DNA from: Podarcis cretensis | Lineage: Eukaryota | Assembly: GCA_951804945.1 (NCBI GenBank) | Contig: OX638153.1 | Coordinates: forward strand, 34,906,001 to 34,970,000 | Direction of reading: 5' to 3' | Length of the DNA: 64,000 nt | Part shown: in pieces, positions 49,853-64,000 of the stretch | Numbering within the stretch: position 1 is the stretch's first letter | Layout of the letters: each line of letters begins with the position of its first letter | Position numbers and translations under genes: made by a program | Notes under the pieces: model-generated | What the model was told of the DNA's origin: nothing | What the model saw: the letters and a program-made list of their open reading frames with translations, nothing else | Database searches by the model: none

Positions 49853-52534
49853 ATTTTCACAAGAATACAGTAACATAAGCAATAGACATTTCACATAACA
49901 GTAAACCACAGATCCATCCTTCTGAGAACTTTCAAATTCCTATCCATGAGCATACTATCTAAGATAAGGTATTTTCCAGTAGTGAATAAAATTCTGTTAG
50001 GAAATAAACTCTGCAATGTTGTGCAAGTCTGCAATATGGTTAGTGAAAAGACAAAGGCAACAAAGTGGTAATGCCCAGATCTCTTTGTAGGCAACGTATT
50101 CACACCAGCTCTGTTCCACACTGTCACTTGGGGAAAAAAGAGAACGAAGCAGCACAGTAAAAAATTGCTGTGGAAATTGGTTAATTTTGCCCCCTGTCGT
50201 GCTCTGAATCACAGATTAAAGTCATAATTAACAGAAGCTAACTCAGCAAATTAGTGCAGGCAGAAAATGGAATGATATTTCAAACTGTTAATAATGGATA
50301 AAGATGGAGCTACCAAAGGGTATGCCCACAGGGAAAAGATTTCTGTGAGGGCTGCTGCTGGACTTGATTAAATCATTTCCTCGAACTTTGATATATCTGA
50401 TGAACTTTATCTCAATGAACTAAAAAATCTCAACGTTGCAAATATAAGGTAAGGAGCAAATTAAGTTCACACGTAAGTAGGGAAAATTGGGGGGAGGGGG
50501 AGCATTCATTTCTAAAGCATTATTTCAGCAACAGAGCAGATAATTAGGCAGTTAGAAATGTTGACAGAGCACAAGTCCAAAATAAATGATGTCCCAGAGT
50601 GACAAAATTACTAGAATAGTAAACAAGACACTTTTAACAAGGATTGCCAACAGTACACATAACCCATGAATGCTTCTAAATACCTGGAAAGTGACAGCAT
50701 TTATATATTTATACCTTATACTACTGAGATAGCGTGATTTTTTTTTAAAAAAGAGCGCGATGAAAAATACATATTTACAAGAATGTATAAATGCAGAATT
50801 TCATACTTGAATTATCAGCAAAAAAATATGCTTGAGTTCCTTGGCATCATCAAACTGATGACTAAAGACTTAACAGCATTTCAGTAAATGATTTGACAGC
50901 ATGGCCCATACATAAAATTCTGTGGAATTTCTATGCATATAGAAAACAAGCAGAGGAGATTCTTTAAGGCGGGGAGTTCTTTATCTATTATCAGCCAACC
51001 TGAGAGGTTTAAATATGGTCCTTCCAGTGCATTTGCATTGCTCAGAGGGGCTTACAACAACGTTTAAAATACAAGGCTGTAATAAATCAATATAAAAACA
51101 GTAAGTGTGATGTCTCCTGCGATGTAAGGTTTTTCCAGCTGGGGATGGTGGAGATCTTACAGGTTTAGGATTATACAGCATAGCAAGACAAATCTACTCT
51201 GTCACGATGCATTATTTAGGAGCAGGGTACAGAACAGCCCCTCTGAAATAGTCTTTTTTCTTACATGTATTGAAGTTTTAAATGTCTGCAAAACCAAAAT
51301 AATTCTAGCACCTGGAATTAATTTTATTTCTATCCTACTTCTCAAATATTGTTTCCCAAAGCAACTCACATCAATTTTTAAAAATGAGATAAACTGTGCC
51401 CTTTGGTTTAAAAACTAAAAAGGCATAACATACAAGGAAATGGGTGTGGAGGGAAAAGGTAGAGGAGAACCATCACAGCAATGCCAAAATGAAATACATA
51501 AGTATTTCATGGCCCACTGGTTTTCAAACTTCCTTCCCATTAAGCACTTTTAACTTTAACTTTAACAATAATTCCTCTGCTACAAAGCATCTCCTGTGCA
51601 TTGCAAAGGATTCTGGAAATCACCATCTCTGTTGGGTCAATGTGGCTCCCATGCACTAAGACGTAACCTGGAAAATATAAAAGCTCCCCTACAGTTGCAT
51701 ATTGAAGGGTAGAAAGGCTGTTTTTCGAGGGATATTTCTCCATCAGTACTGATCTTATCAAGGAACTTCAATATTCCTTATTTTAAAAGCCTAGATTTTA
51801 GTTTGCACTTCTGCGATCTGTTGATAAGGGGAACAAATGTTTTACAAAAGCCTTTTAGTAGTAATCGTGCTGCCGTGCTTATCCTTCACTTTTTCCTTAA
51901 GCCAGCAGTCTTTACAGATGTGTATATTGAATGAACAAAGTACTAGAATGAGCATGGGAACAACTCTCTATTTCCCCCCATGCTTCTGTGACTTATGAGC
52001 CACAGCATGTACTTTCCAATCACAACATCGTTTTTAAACTATCATGTAACAAAATTGGGGCAGGGTGGTACATGAAATGACCCAAAAGGAAAAACTATAT
52101 ATAATAAAAATGCCCAAAATAAATAAATCAGCCAGTCACATGATTTGGAGCTATCAAGTCACATTACGTTAGGTTGCCTGAAGTGTGAATGATGAAATGA
52201 ACTCTGATACCATCCTGCATTTAGCAGGCAAAATTTCTGCAGCAACTCAGAAGTATGGCAACATCATTTATTATGCATGGGATCCCACAATTTCATGCTG
52301 GCTGTAGCACACTCATGACTCTCCATGAGTTACTGTGTAAGGCAGGGATGGAACACCTTTGCCAGCCTAAGAGCCACATTCCCTCTGGAGAATCAACTGG
52401 GAACTGCACAGCAGTGGTGGGCGGAGCTGGAGGTGAAAGTGGGTGGAGCAAAGGCAAAATTGGGCAGAGCAATGGATGCGATAACACTCTTTGAATAGCA
52501 GGCTACATTCAAGCCACACTAAAGCCAGGAGTTT

Positions 52535-52570
<36 letters not shown>

Positions 52571-55224
52571 TCCATCCTCCTCGCCAGGCAATGAAGATAC
52601 TTCACACTTCATGTCAGCTAAGCAAAAGCACTTGAGGAATATGAAGCAGATGATGGGCGGCGAAGGGGGGGTGAGGGTCAGATAGAGAGACCTCAATCAC
52701 CCCCAGGTTTCTGATTTTCAACATAAGAACAAAAAAAAGTCTTCAGAAGAATAGTTGCATTATTTGACAGTTAATTTCTTTTTGATATTTATGGATCTGT
52801 TGGACACAAGATTACTTCAAGACTCTGACATTTGAACCTAGGAGGCTGTATTCAATCATGCCCCTTTGATAACTGAAGGCTGTTGGTATCTGCAGGGGCA
52901 TTTGTTAGTGGAACAGGAAAACTAAACATCCCCCCCCCCCCCATATTTACACCCTCCCTTCAGCTCCATCACCCCTAGTTTGGGATATGCTTTTAAAACA
53001 GTGGGGAGAGGGGAGTGAAAATTGCATCCTTGCCCATTATATTGATTGGAGCTTCCACTGAATCAAAGAGTCATCAGTCAGCAAACTGGATACAACTGAC
53101 AATCATTTTGAAGACCATCAGGAAGCAATAGTATGCAATACAGGTTGCTTTCCGAGAAAGATGCATGGTACCTTGACATAAAGAAATAGGTTTTCTTTTT
53201 TCTGTTTAGCAAGTTACCTGAAAACAGAAGTGATGTGTGATAAGGGCTATAGGTTCAATATGACAACTTTAGAAGCCTAAGTAGATGGAGCTGTGGCAAC
53301 ACTGTTATCTAAGAATGATGTTGGCACTAACAAGATGTTACACCTGGTATTCAGGGATTTCTGCATGGACAGCCATTGCATTGTTCAAGGGAGTGTAAGA
53401 AAATTGAATTTTAACAGGAGAAGCCAATAAAGTGTGGCATTTACCAATCTGTCAGCCATACTAATATTTGTCAAAAGGGACAGGGAGTACCAAATGGACA
53501 AAGTTTTGCTTCTACACAGAATATATGATCCATACAAGTGTAACAATTACATAGGCATCCTTGACTTGGAATATCATTTCAGAATTGTGCATTCACTCTT
53601 CTAAGAGTGTCCAAGGAAGTACTGTCTCTAAAGGCTATTTTTATATATCTAGACATTTGGGTATTAATCTCCTTAAAGACCAATGGGATCATTAGGGCAA
53701 GGGGTACTGAACCTTGTCCGATATGTCTTCAATCAGTGATGGGAGCCAAATGCTCCAGGCCTCTCTACCCAGCCTCAGGACTCTCGCCAGAACACACCCC
53801 ACATTGCCCCTGCTTTGTGCCCACCTCAAGTACTTTTGTCTGACTGAAAGATGCCCTTGAGCTACAAAGCCTCTTGCTTGCCTGGGTGGTGTTTGGGCGT
53901 GTGCAGAACCCTGTGATTTTTTGTGTGCCTGGAGTATAGCCTGACGTATGAAGTTAAGTCACATCTATTGCACTGCACACTTTTTGCCCCCTGGCTCCAC
54001 CTATCACTGGCATCCAACACCTATAAGGTTGCCCATGGGTGGGAAAAAAATTCCCCAGCTCTAACACAAAGGTTGCAGGCATTATCCCAGCCATAGAATA
54101 TCTTTTTTAAAAGGGTCTCACTGGATGTAACAATCTAAATGAATTCTTTTGCATGGCAAAATGAGCATCTGATCCCCATAAAATCATAGAAAGCATACTG
54201 GAGGGAGAAAAAAGCCAAGACCTAATCCTCTTACTATTTTGACACTTTTAGAGATAATAAAAACAAAACTGTCTTTGTAAAAGACAAGCTGAAGCTCCAA
54301 GTCACAGACAACACTAGCTCCTTAGTCTTAGTGAATGTCAAAGCTTCTAACTGAAGAAAAGGCATCACTACACTGCAATTTACATTCATTGAGATATGAG
54401 CCTTATGATTTCAAAACTAGTTAAATATTCACTGACAATATCTACAAAGGATATTTATGATAACCTAAATCAAGTTCAACTGACCATTTGATTTCAATCT
54501 AACAGCAATGCCTGCTACACTTGACAGTATATCAGCATAATAATATATGTTTTGGATATTACTTTGGCAGGACAATTGCAAGTCATTTTTCTCATTATTT
54601 TCAACAAAAAAGGAAGGAATTGTACCATTCATCTAATAAAATAGGCTTCTTTTCTAATATTACACATTTTCTATACAGAATTCTATACAGTCATACACCA
54701 TGCTGTATTTTTCCTAGAGCATAATCATTCGGCAAATGAGGATCTTCTGTATGAAAATAATTGTATACGCTTTCTGATGGACTTTTGGTACAAACAGATT
54801 GTTCTGAGCATAAAGTAGGTCCACACCTTACAAAGAAATGCAACATGTTTTTCACTGCATGCAATATTAACACATTCAGTACACTCTGCTTTGCCAAATT
54901 TCAGATGCAACCTCTGATGCAAACTCCTTGAAGGAAGGAATTTATTGTTTCTAATTATATTAAAATGTGTACCTTGAATGTGGAGGCAAAATGTATACAG
55001 GTAGAAAGGTCCTCCAGGAACATCGGAGGAAGAGCCAGTTGACTGCTTCCCAGTGGGTCCTTGGGGTCTCAAAGTTCAGTGGTGCCCTGTGCAATGCCAA
55101 AATTTGCCTCCCCACTGCTTCTCATGCTCTCTAAATCACAGTTGTGGTGTCCCCTGCAGCACCCCCAAAGCTCAGTACCCAGTACAACCGGACCAGTTGT
55201 GCTCCCCTAAATCCGCCTTTGCAG

Positions 55225-55490
55225 TGGAGCACTTGAGGGTACGTGGCTCCTCGCTGGACTGAAGCTCTGACTCAATAGCTCCAAGGAACATCTGCCACAG
55301 CTGAACTGCATCAGTTGGACAAAAACATTCTTCTCTCAGACCTTTGGCTAATGAAACAATCTATGGCCTTTTAAACTGTGAGGGAGTTCCTATTTTTTGT
55401 TTATTATTGTATTATGTATTATTGTGTTTTTATATTGTGCTCTTCAGATGAAGGTAACATAGAAATTTATTAATAAAATAAAATAAATAC
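55225..55490 (+). mobile_element. L2 3' remnant
   Basis: CAAAAACATTCTTCTCTCAGACCTTTGGCTAA...TATGGCCTTTTAAACTGTG...CAGATGAAGG is shared with 62240-62408. Confidence 0.7.
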
Positions 55491-58400
55491 ACTCAAGATG
55501 GCTTACAATGCCTTAAACTAAAACATGGTAAAATATAATCAAATAATATTTGATATCAATAAGGAAGACTAAACTGTCTGGAAGGTATTGCTATCCTTGA
55601 GAAATGGTCACAATATTTTTTTTTATATAGTCTAAATAGGTATTCATATTTATCTTACAAAAGAGGTATATGTTATAATGCATTGATAATGGGATCTTTT
55701 CCACAATGAATCCAAATATATTTAGAATTGTTTACAAGCAGAGATGCCAACAGCAGTAGTAAAGGTGTTCCAGATCTCTTGAAAGGCTGATACATCGGTT
55801 CAGAGATCTTTAGTTCTGAACACTAATTTCACTGAGCAGTTCAATTAGTGTGGTAGGACTCCATGAAAGCTGTTGTTTGACTAATTCCTGTGTCTCCCAA
55901 CTAACATAGCGAAGAACAAAGTATCCTCTTAATCATATAACCTGCACAAGCTAAAGGCTAACCTAAGCAGAATGCTTCAATAATTGATACTTGTGCAGAG
56001 ATGGAGGAAGAATACCCACTTCAGGATTTGCCCAAGGCAATAATATACTGACAACAAGTCTATGCCTATTTTAAGAAATGTCACCACTATCTTTGCAATC
56101 TTCTCATTTGCTGGTTTTCTAAGTATAAATGGAACAGACATTATTGATTGTATGTTTTGTAATTCAGGACATTTACCCTCTGTGGATTCCTGAAAACTAA
56201 CAAATAGTTGATGTTTTTAATTCAGCATTTAGGCCTGATTTTTATTATCACTGTTCAGTATTGACCTCTGTCCCAGTGTTTAACTTGACATGTAAGTGAC
56301 TTATGTTCAAGAATTGTGTCCTTTGTAGTTCAGCATGTACCACTACACTTGTCTACTTACAGATAACCATCTACTTTTCACACAATTTTCCATAAAGAAA
56401 CCTTCCTTCTGCTATAAAATTAGTGGTTTAGTAGAACCACAGACACTATATCCTAGCACCAACAATTACTGTTAATCTGACAAATGAACAGACAAAAGTA
56501 GGGCTGGACCAAATATCCATTTGGGGATATATTTGGTGGTGGCTATTTGACAATTTCTGCATGTGAAGCATGTTCTCTGCTGGTAAAATATCTCTTCCTC
56601 TTGACAATGGAAACAGTGACAAAACTGGTTCCAAAGTCTCAGCATATTAGGGCTTCATTCACAGATGTTATAAATATTATTATGCCTTGGCCAGGATGAA
56701 ACTCGACAGATGATCTGGCCTACCGCTTTCCCATTATAATGGAATCTGATTATTTCAATAACTTGTTGATCAGCACCAAAAGTGCATATTTTACTAAAAT
56801 CTACCAAAATGTGTACAGTACAGAAATACATCTTGCATACAAATACATCCCAACTTCACCTGGGTGTGGGTTAGAGGTCAATGAGAATGGGGATCATGAG
56901 CACAACTGGGCTAATGGAGATGCCATATTCCAAGAGTTGCTAGACGTTCTGCTCAAGATTTCCCCAACATTGACACTGATGATGATAAGTAAAGCATGCA
57001 AGTAGTTGCAAGCTTCACAATTCTGGCCCAGTTTGCATGTCACATATTTAACCCAACCCATGGCTAAGCATGCATATGCAAGCATGCAAGCACATTGACT
57101 GAATATCATGGGTGATTTGTGCCTCATGTGATTGTGCTGCTGCCACACCACCCAGAATTAAGCCATGGCTTGGGTTTAGCAGTAATCCAAATCCAAACTC
57201 ATGGCATGCCTTGGCCATGTGAGAGAAACCACAAGTCTGGGTTCACTGTTCTAACGTAGACTTGGGAATTCAGAAATGTGATATATTTCATTCTGTCCCA
57301 TAGCAATAGATAATTCCTTGCCACTACACCATTAAAAACTAAAATGTTTAAAGGCAGTTAGATATTTTAGTGTCTTGTTCTGCTGATTGCCAGGTTCCAT
57401 GATAAGGTAGTTTTATTTGAAATCAATAGAAGTTACTACCCAGTAAAAGTGTTATAATTAGAAGGCTGATCTACTATTTTTGACTATGCTAGTATTTCAT
57501 CATTCAAGACTGCAGGACATGTTCATGTTCCAAGTTTTAGAATGCTGCTGGCTGTGATATACAATTCCTTTGAAGTTACTGTTACAAACAGGATATTGGA
57601 CTAAAAGGGTACAATCCTTCAATTCTGTTCTAACGTTATTTAGTATATTCAGCTTCAGATGGCTGCTTTTCATGTCACACATTAAAGAAATGCAGGAGTT
57701 CTCAGAAGCCATGCAAAAGCAAAAGCACTTATGAACAGCTGTTCATTTCTCATAGATTACCACAGTGAGTAATCCACCCATTTTGCCCCAGGAAAAAAAA
57801 GCAAATTGGGTTCCCCTGATTTCAAGTGTGGTGAGTCATAGTCAACAAGAAGTTAAATTACAACTGCTTTTATACAACACACTCTATTAAACATAGGGTT
57901 TTAAATAAGGTCTCCTTTAGATACTGCTTCTTTCTCTTATAATTTATTTTCTATTAATCATAAACACTGATATGTATGTATCAAAATACATTTGATATCT
58001 TAGTTCTTCAGCCTGTATAATCCCTTTAGGATAAGCTCATTATGGGTACTTTGTGGCGAAATGCCAAATCTCGAGTCAATTGCAAATCATGCTCTGTGCA
58101 ACAAGTAAATTGAAAGGTCAAAATATCTGTCAAAGCATTCTCACAAATGACAAGATTTAGCCCTCCCTTTGCAGTTGTGTAGAGAAGGCCTTCCAAAAAG
58201 GGCATGGATAGTTGCCGAAAAGGTCATAGATGAATAGAACTATACTAGATATTTTCCTATCTTTTAAGAATTCTGAGAATTTTAATAGTTTGCACCAACT
58301 GGGTGGATTTTAGGACCATTTTTCAGGTTTATATAAAGCAGGTTTTGATCACCTTCTCCATTCCTTATTTATTTTCCAGAATACAAATAAAGCATGGAGA

Positions 58401-60636
58401 TGAGCAGCAGGTAAATTGGGGAGTTTGGGAGCTAAGTGAGCTAGATATTACATAGCTCAATAGTAATAGTTCAGAGGAGACTGAGAGACATATACCCTCA
58501 CTGCTAGTATCTTTTATTTTCTGGTTGTGGGTCATTGTTTGCAGTTGGATCTTCTCTCTGGTATTACCTGCTGCTCTGGTGTTGTGGTAACTCTAGGCTT
58601 CCCACTGGGCTTACTGCTACCTTCACTCCTGAGACTGAAGGGGAGAATCAAGAATCTAGGCAGGGCTTGGGATGTGGTTGGAGTGGATATTGAGTTGCTC
58701 ATTCAATATATTCATGATACAGGGCACTCTAGGCTGTCTTTTCATAATTTTTGCATTGAAAGTATTTCAATGAAAAAAGATAAAGTTGGAGGTAAAAAAG
58801 GAAACAAAAGGTGCATAAAAATTACCCCAAAATAAGAATTTAAATTATTCATTATTATTTATACCCTGTCCATCTGGTTGGGTTTCCCCAGGGATCAGAG
58901 CTACTCCTCCTCCTATCCTGCAACTACAGTGTTGTGTCATTGTATAACTACTGGTCCAAGACTCCCTGGGGGGAAATATTGACTATTAAGCCAGTTTGTG
59001 TAAGTGATGTAGCTAGTTCCTTAAAATACACAGGATTTTTGAAAGCCAAATCTGTATAGTTTCTATGGTGAAGAGTTATATAGGGGTCTGGAAATAAATT
59101 CCCTGAGAATGAAAATGACTCTCATTCTCACATGTAAACTGGCACTCACAAGAAATGAAAGAGCGTTGCAGTTATAATAATTTACATTTACTGAGATTTT
59201 TTTTTAAGTCTTAACATTAACTCAGGCTACAAAAGGAAGATTAGCAAGTTGGAGATACTCTGAACTACAACTCAGATCACCATAAGAAATATGCAACATT
59301 TAAGAACTGAAGCTGGGTTGTATTTCTTAATACAGTTTTTAAAAGGCCCTTGCATTAAGTCACCCTCAATGTTATATAAACCAGATATTAAATCATTGCC
59401 ATAGCAACAAAGCTTGTATTGCCTGCCCTACGTTTATATCTTATGGTCATCATTCTCAGTATACTATTTTGCTGAATCAATTATAGCTCAGCTTGAAGTA
59501 GGAAAGCTATATATAGTTGTATAAGGTACCCAAAAGGCACTTCCCCCTTGGCAGGAATCTGGTGGAAATTCATTGGGGAGGAGGGAAGAGAAGAAGAAAA
59601 AACCATTTACAGTTTAATGGAGTTTTAAAATCAATTTTCAATAATTATGACAATACAGAGGTGAGAGCAACTCAGATAATGAAAATATGCACAGAGACAA
59701 CATAATACATGCATGAAAACAAAAATTCTGGGTTGAATCAAGTACCAGCCATGGTCAGAGAAGATCCATTGAAATTAACAAATGTTACTAAGGTTCATTA
59801 ATTTCAGTGGTTTAACTCTGAGTAGGACTTAATTGCCTACAACCCCTAAGTGCCTTAGACAATTTCTTATATGCTATACAATTCACCCTACTCCCATCAG
59901 AAGGATTCACAAATCACTGTCTGCCACCAAACTTAATGCAATCTAGACCTCTGTGTGCAACAAGCAGAAAGAACTGGTGTTTCACATTATGCTGCCTGAA
60001 TGAATGAAGTATAGCAGCACATGCTTCAGTGGAAGGTACAACTTCCGAACTTTCAAAACAGATGGCGCGCAACATGTTAATAGCAGAATTCAATAGAATC
60101 TTTCTACATGCAAGCAGTTGGGATTTGAGTAACAAACACGGCCTTTTTACAGATTCAGTGCAGCTCAAAATATACAGTCATCCCGTGCTGAAAACTGTGA
60201 GTAGACGTGCTCCTGGGCTGTACCAATCATAAACTGGATTAATCCATTGAAGGACTGTTTAGTCCGAGTCTGATTTAAAGATAAATAATCCCAAGGGCAG
60301 GGGCCTTGAAGTTGTCAATCAACAATTATTACCTAGACAACCCAGTGAGTTGGAGCACAGCTTACCTGCTAAGCCTGCTATTATGAGATATATTGCATTT
60401 CTATCTAAATTATAGTAATTGTAAGCTAATTTTCATATAGCTTTGCAAATGAGCACATACAATTTTTCTGCAAACCTGTGCCCCCTTTTATTCTCTTTTT
60501 GAAGATGTTGTGTTTTATCGCCTCATTGAAGATGGCTACTGGGAAACATGGTCAACATTATGGGTATGTTAACAGAGAAGACTCGTTCTGTATTCACACA
60601 GGGAAAGTCTATAATTAACTATTTGTTGTAGCAAAG

Positions 60637-61299
60637 TGTTACAGTATATTTATGTGAAGGCTGCCAGTATCATCCACTTAATCCCCACCCAAAGGTTCCA
60701 AGGAGGAAGACAAAACTGTATTTTTATTTAATTACATTCTATAAGGGTTTAATGCTTGATGGTTTTGCAAGTGAGGCACAAAACTTAGTTTACCGTAAAC
60801 TCTTAACAGATAAACTTTTAATCAGCACTATTTTCCAACCAAGTCTCAGGTAGACTTTTCCCATCTAAAATGGCGATCAGTGTTCCTAAACAGCAACACC
60901 CACTCAGTCCTTCCAAGGATTTGACTTTCCCTCAGGGAATCAAAACCAGCTTGCATTGCCTAGCTAACCCCACTCAAGAGTCCAACTTTTGTCTGCCCAC
61001 AGACAATCCCTATCTCTGAGAGCCAGTTCACTATCTGTCTCCGCTGACAGAGTACTGTATCCTATCTGAGTGCCACTCAGATAGAGACCTCTTCTGCCCA
61101 CCCAGAAAGAAAGTCCCTATCTGACTATTAAATTGTCAGCAGCTCACTTAAACTCCACTCTCTTCTGATTGGCTGATGGTCACACCAGTTCTGGTTACTG
61201 GGAAAGCTGGAAACAGAAGCAAGGAAAAGGCTGACAAGCTGGGGAAACTAGATGGCTGTGAGAACTCTTCTGCAGAAAAAAAGAGGGAGATGTGTAACA
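60637..61299 (-). mobile_element. Probable solo LTR, 663 bp
   Basis: Perfect 7-bp terminal inverted repeat TGTTACA...TGTAACA and a near-TSD AAAG/GAAG. A minus-strand CCAAT box (about 61170) lies upstream of a minus-strand AATAAA (about 60725); CCCTATCT is repeated internally. Confidence 0.6.
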
Positions 61300-62109
61300 G
61301 AAGTGTCTCATAGCTTCTGCATGATCAAACATTTCAGTAATTTATAGACTGAGATTAAAGAGAGCGTTGTTTCTTGATCTTCCTGATATGTTACAGTAGG
61401 TAATTTTTGAACCCACAGGTTAAGGAACTTTACATTTGGGGAGAAAAAAAATCTGAATTTAATTAACTTTCAAATCATTGCCATTTGTTTATATATGAAG
61501 TGGCATCCTCTAATCCTCCAGATCTGCCTCCTAAAGCACCCTGTAATAATTAATGACCAATTGCCCAGTCAATAAAATATTATTATTCCTTGTCAGTTGT
61601 ATTTAGGCACTTGATTTGCTCAGTTCCAAAGGATGTGTCTGCTGTTGTATTAAATACTGGAAATGGGTTTGAAGAATATTTATTTTCAGTCCGTTCTATC
61701 ATTTGCTTGGAAATCACTGCAGTCAATCAAGTGACAACGGTTCAAAAGATTTAATAAAAAGTCACCATCTAAATTCAGGCAGTGTTCACACAATCATTTT
61801 ACATGTGGGAAAAGGCAAATCATCCCCCTAACCCCCCCCCCCCCCGATATTTATTTAATATCCTTTAGCTTGTTAAGACAACATGAAATTCCACTGAAAT
61901 GTCACTATGAAGCAGACAAAAAAAGGATAATGGGCCCTGTTTCCAATTGTCACTCAATAAAAATTCATAACTTTTCCTTCCTTTTTACAAGACAGCAACA
62001 ACTAAAATCATTGTGTGTCTGTGTGAGAGAGAAACTGCGACGCCTTGGTCATTTTAGGGTTTTTGGGTGTTTTATAAATAACTCAATGATTTTACTGAGG
62101 TCATTTTTC

Positions 62110-62408
62110 ATGTGCTTACTTCCACGAGGGGTCTGGAGGATGGCAATGGGCGTTTTCTGCAGCAGCTTCCTGCTTACTGAATGCTCTCCCCAGGGAGGCT
62201 CGCCTGGTACCTTTCGTTACATGTCTTGAGGCACCAGGCAAAAACATTTGACTTCTCCCAGGCCTTTGCCTAATTATGGCCTTTTAAACTGTGTGTGGGC
62301 TTATTGGTTTTTGTTTGTTACTTTGTTATGTACTTGTTGTGCTTTTTTATTGTGCTCCGTGATCCTCAAATGAAGGGTGGTATAGAAGTTGAATAAATAG
62401 ATAATAAT
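62110..62408 (+). mobile_element. L2 LINE 3' fragment
   Basis: GAATGCTCTCCCCAGGGAGGCTCGCCTGG (NALPREARL), then the 3' UTR and an AATA tail. Confidence 0.8.
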
Positions 62409-64000
62409 ATTGTTTCTTCAAGGGGAGTATTGCCCCATCCAAAACACACCAAATTCCTGTTCTTCGCAAGAAAGACCGCTACCTTGTGTGCATTAAGCTT
62501 CACTTGTTTTGGCCCCCTCCAGCTCTGCACTGCTACCAGGTCAAGCCACCTCAATCAATCAATCATCTGGCCACTCTAGCAATGCATATTGAAGAATCAA
62601 ATCCATAGGTAACCCAGAGACTACTGATACTAACAAATAACACTGTGCACTGAAACACGCTATAGAACATTAGTAACAAATTATAGTTATTTATGTGTAT
62701 GCAGTTCAACCTACACACACATTCCTACACACAGCCGTAATGAACCACTGTTTATGCTGTTCAATTTCCTTTCATAATGTGAGCAAACGTAATCATTTGA
62801 CAGGATAATTGTCCAAAATTAGTCAATTTACATTTGTTTGGATAGCTCTCTCTCATTTTTCCCCGAGTGTGAATTACTCTAATCAGGAAATGAAGGAACA
62901 AAATCTGTGAAAATAAAATAGATAGTGATCATCGGGAAATCTGTAAAGAAAAAGAAAAAAAGAATCTTGCACTCAAGGAACCACAGCAAAACAAAGTCAG
63001 GAAAGCTCTTTCATTTTCTTAATTAGAGATATACAGCACGTTGGTTCCACTTCATGTATTTAGAACAAATATAACTGGAGATTATTATTATTATTTGTTT
63101 TTAAAGTAGCTTAAAATTACCATCGCTCAGCTGTGTAGATTAATAAATACAGACCCATGGCCACAATAACCAATCGTCATTATGTGTGTTCTATTACATA
63201 TTATCATTAAATAATTGTCCTGATTAGTACAACTGTAAATAGGATGAATCTTTGGCCCTGCAGTAGTTCATGCAAACATTAGCCTACACAGCTGACTTAT
63301 GTCCAGCGTTTGTTTTATTTTGTTTTTGAAAGGAAATACTTTTACATTCATTGAGCTTTGTCCATCCTCATCCAAGATGAAGCTGAGAGTGCATGAATAT
63401 CAATAATAAAAAATACATGCAAGCATATTATAAAATATAGCAGCTGAAAGCCACAGTAATCATGTATAACCCATATGGAGACATTATAAGCCAGTGATGT
63501 AACAGCACAATGGTAGCCAGTGGAAACAAAGTTTGTTAATTTTTTGTGGCAAATGCTATACTTCTGCCCAGGGTGTACTTTAGAAATAGACTTTCTGTAT
63601 GCATCTACTGGCAATTTTCCTGAGAATGGGATGAACCAGACTAAGTTGTTTGAACTTAAGTTCCATTGATTTCAATGAGAACTAAGCAATGACTAATCTT
63701 GCCCATTTATTTCAATGGTACCTAAATGTAACTAACTTATTCTGGAACCAATCCAATATACATAAAAGTAGCAATGCCTCAGGTGGTGCAATGGGTCAGT
63801 GTGTCTGGCTATTAACCAGAAGGTTGATGGCTGTGGCAGGACTAGATGACTCTCAAGGTCCCTTCCAACTCTACAAAAATTCTATGACTACTGAACTGAT
63901 AGTCGTTGGAATGATGTGATATTTATTTGTTTAACAAACTTCTAATTCGTGTTTTAAAATACATCCTTCACAAAGCAGCTTACAACATTACCCCCCCAAA

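Larger units (their letters stand above)
1..64000 (-). other. PRKG1: Internal portion of the PRKG1 transcription unit (three exons plus long introns)
   Basis: Three consecutive PRKG1 exons occur in the correct order on the minus strand, separated by introns of 23,120 nt (25885-49004) and 4,511 nt (21296-25806). The preceding exon (...EYMEFLKS) and the following exon (EDVRTANV...) were not seen, so the gene likely extends past both window ends. Confidence 0.9.

Noticed and set aside
56739-57005. 88-aa ORF with plausible composition
   Set aside because: No recognisable domain, no supporting gene structure, and it is antisense within an intron.

Overview
This is AT-rich vertebrate genomic DNA. 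The SINE/LINE content (Sauria SINE, Squam3, BovB, L2, CR1) points to a squamate, most likely a lacertid lizard. The whole window appears to lie inside the cGMP-dependent protein kinase I gene (PRKG1) on the minus strand. Three short coding exons are recognisable with canonical AG/GT boundaries and compatible phases: 49068-49005 (64 nt), 25884-25807 (78 nt) and 21295-21201 (95 nt). Together they encode the start of cyclic-nucleotide-binding domain B. The flanking exons were not found and are probably outside the window. The rest is intron, holding four Sauria SINEs, a Squam3 SINE, BovB/L2/CR1 fragments, several hAT and Tc1/mariner-type MITEs with intact TSDs, probable solo LTRs, palindromic elements, microsatellites and a few motif-dense candidate enhancer/CTCF sites. 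Nearly all ORFs in the supplied track are spurious or TE-derived. I found no convincing novel multi-gene system. The most interesting leads concern RNA processing: a donor site recreated at the exon 6/7 junction, inverted SINEs flanking an in-frame exon, and a long intronic hairpin. All three are hypotheses. Family names, exon numbers and residue numbers come from recall, not from database searches.
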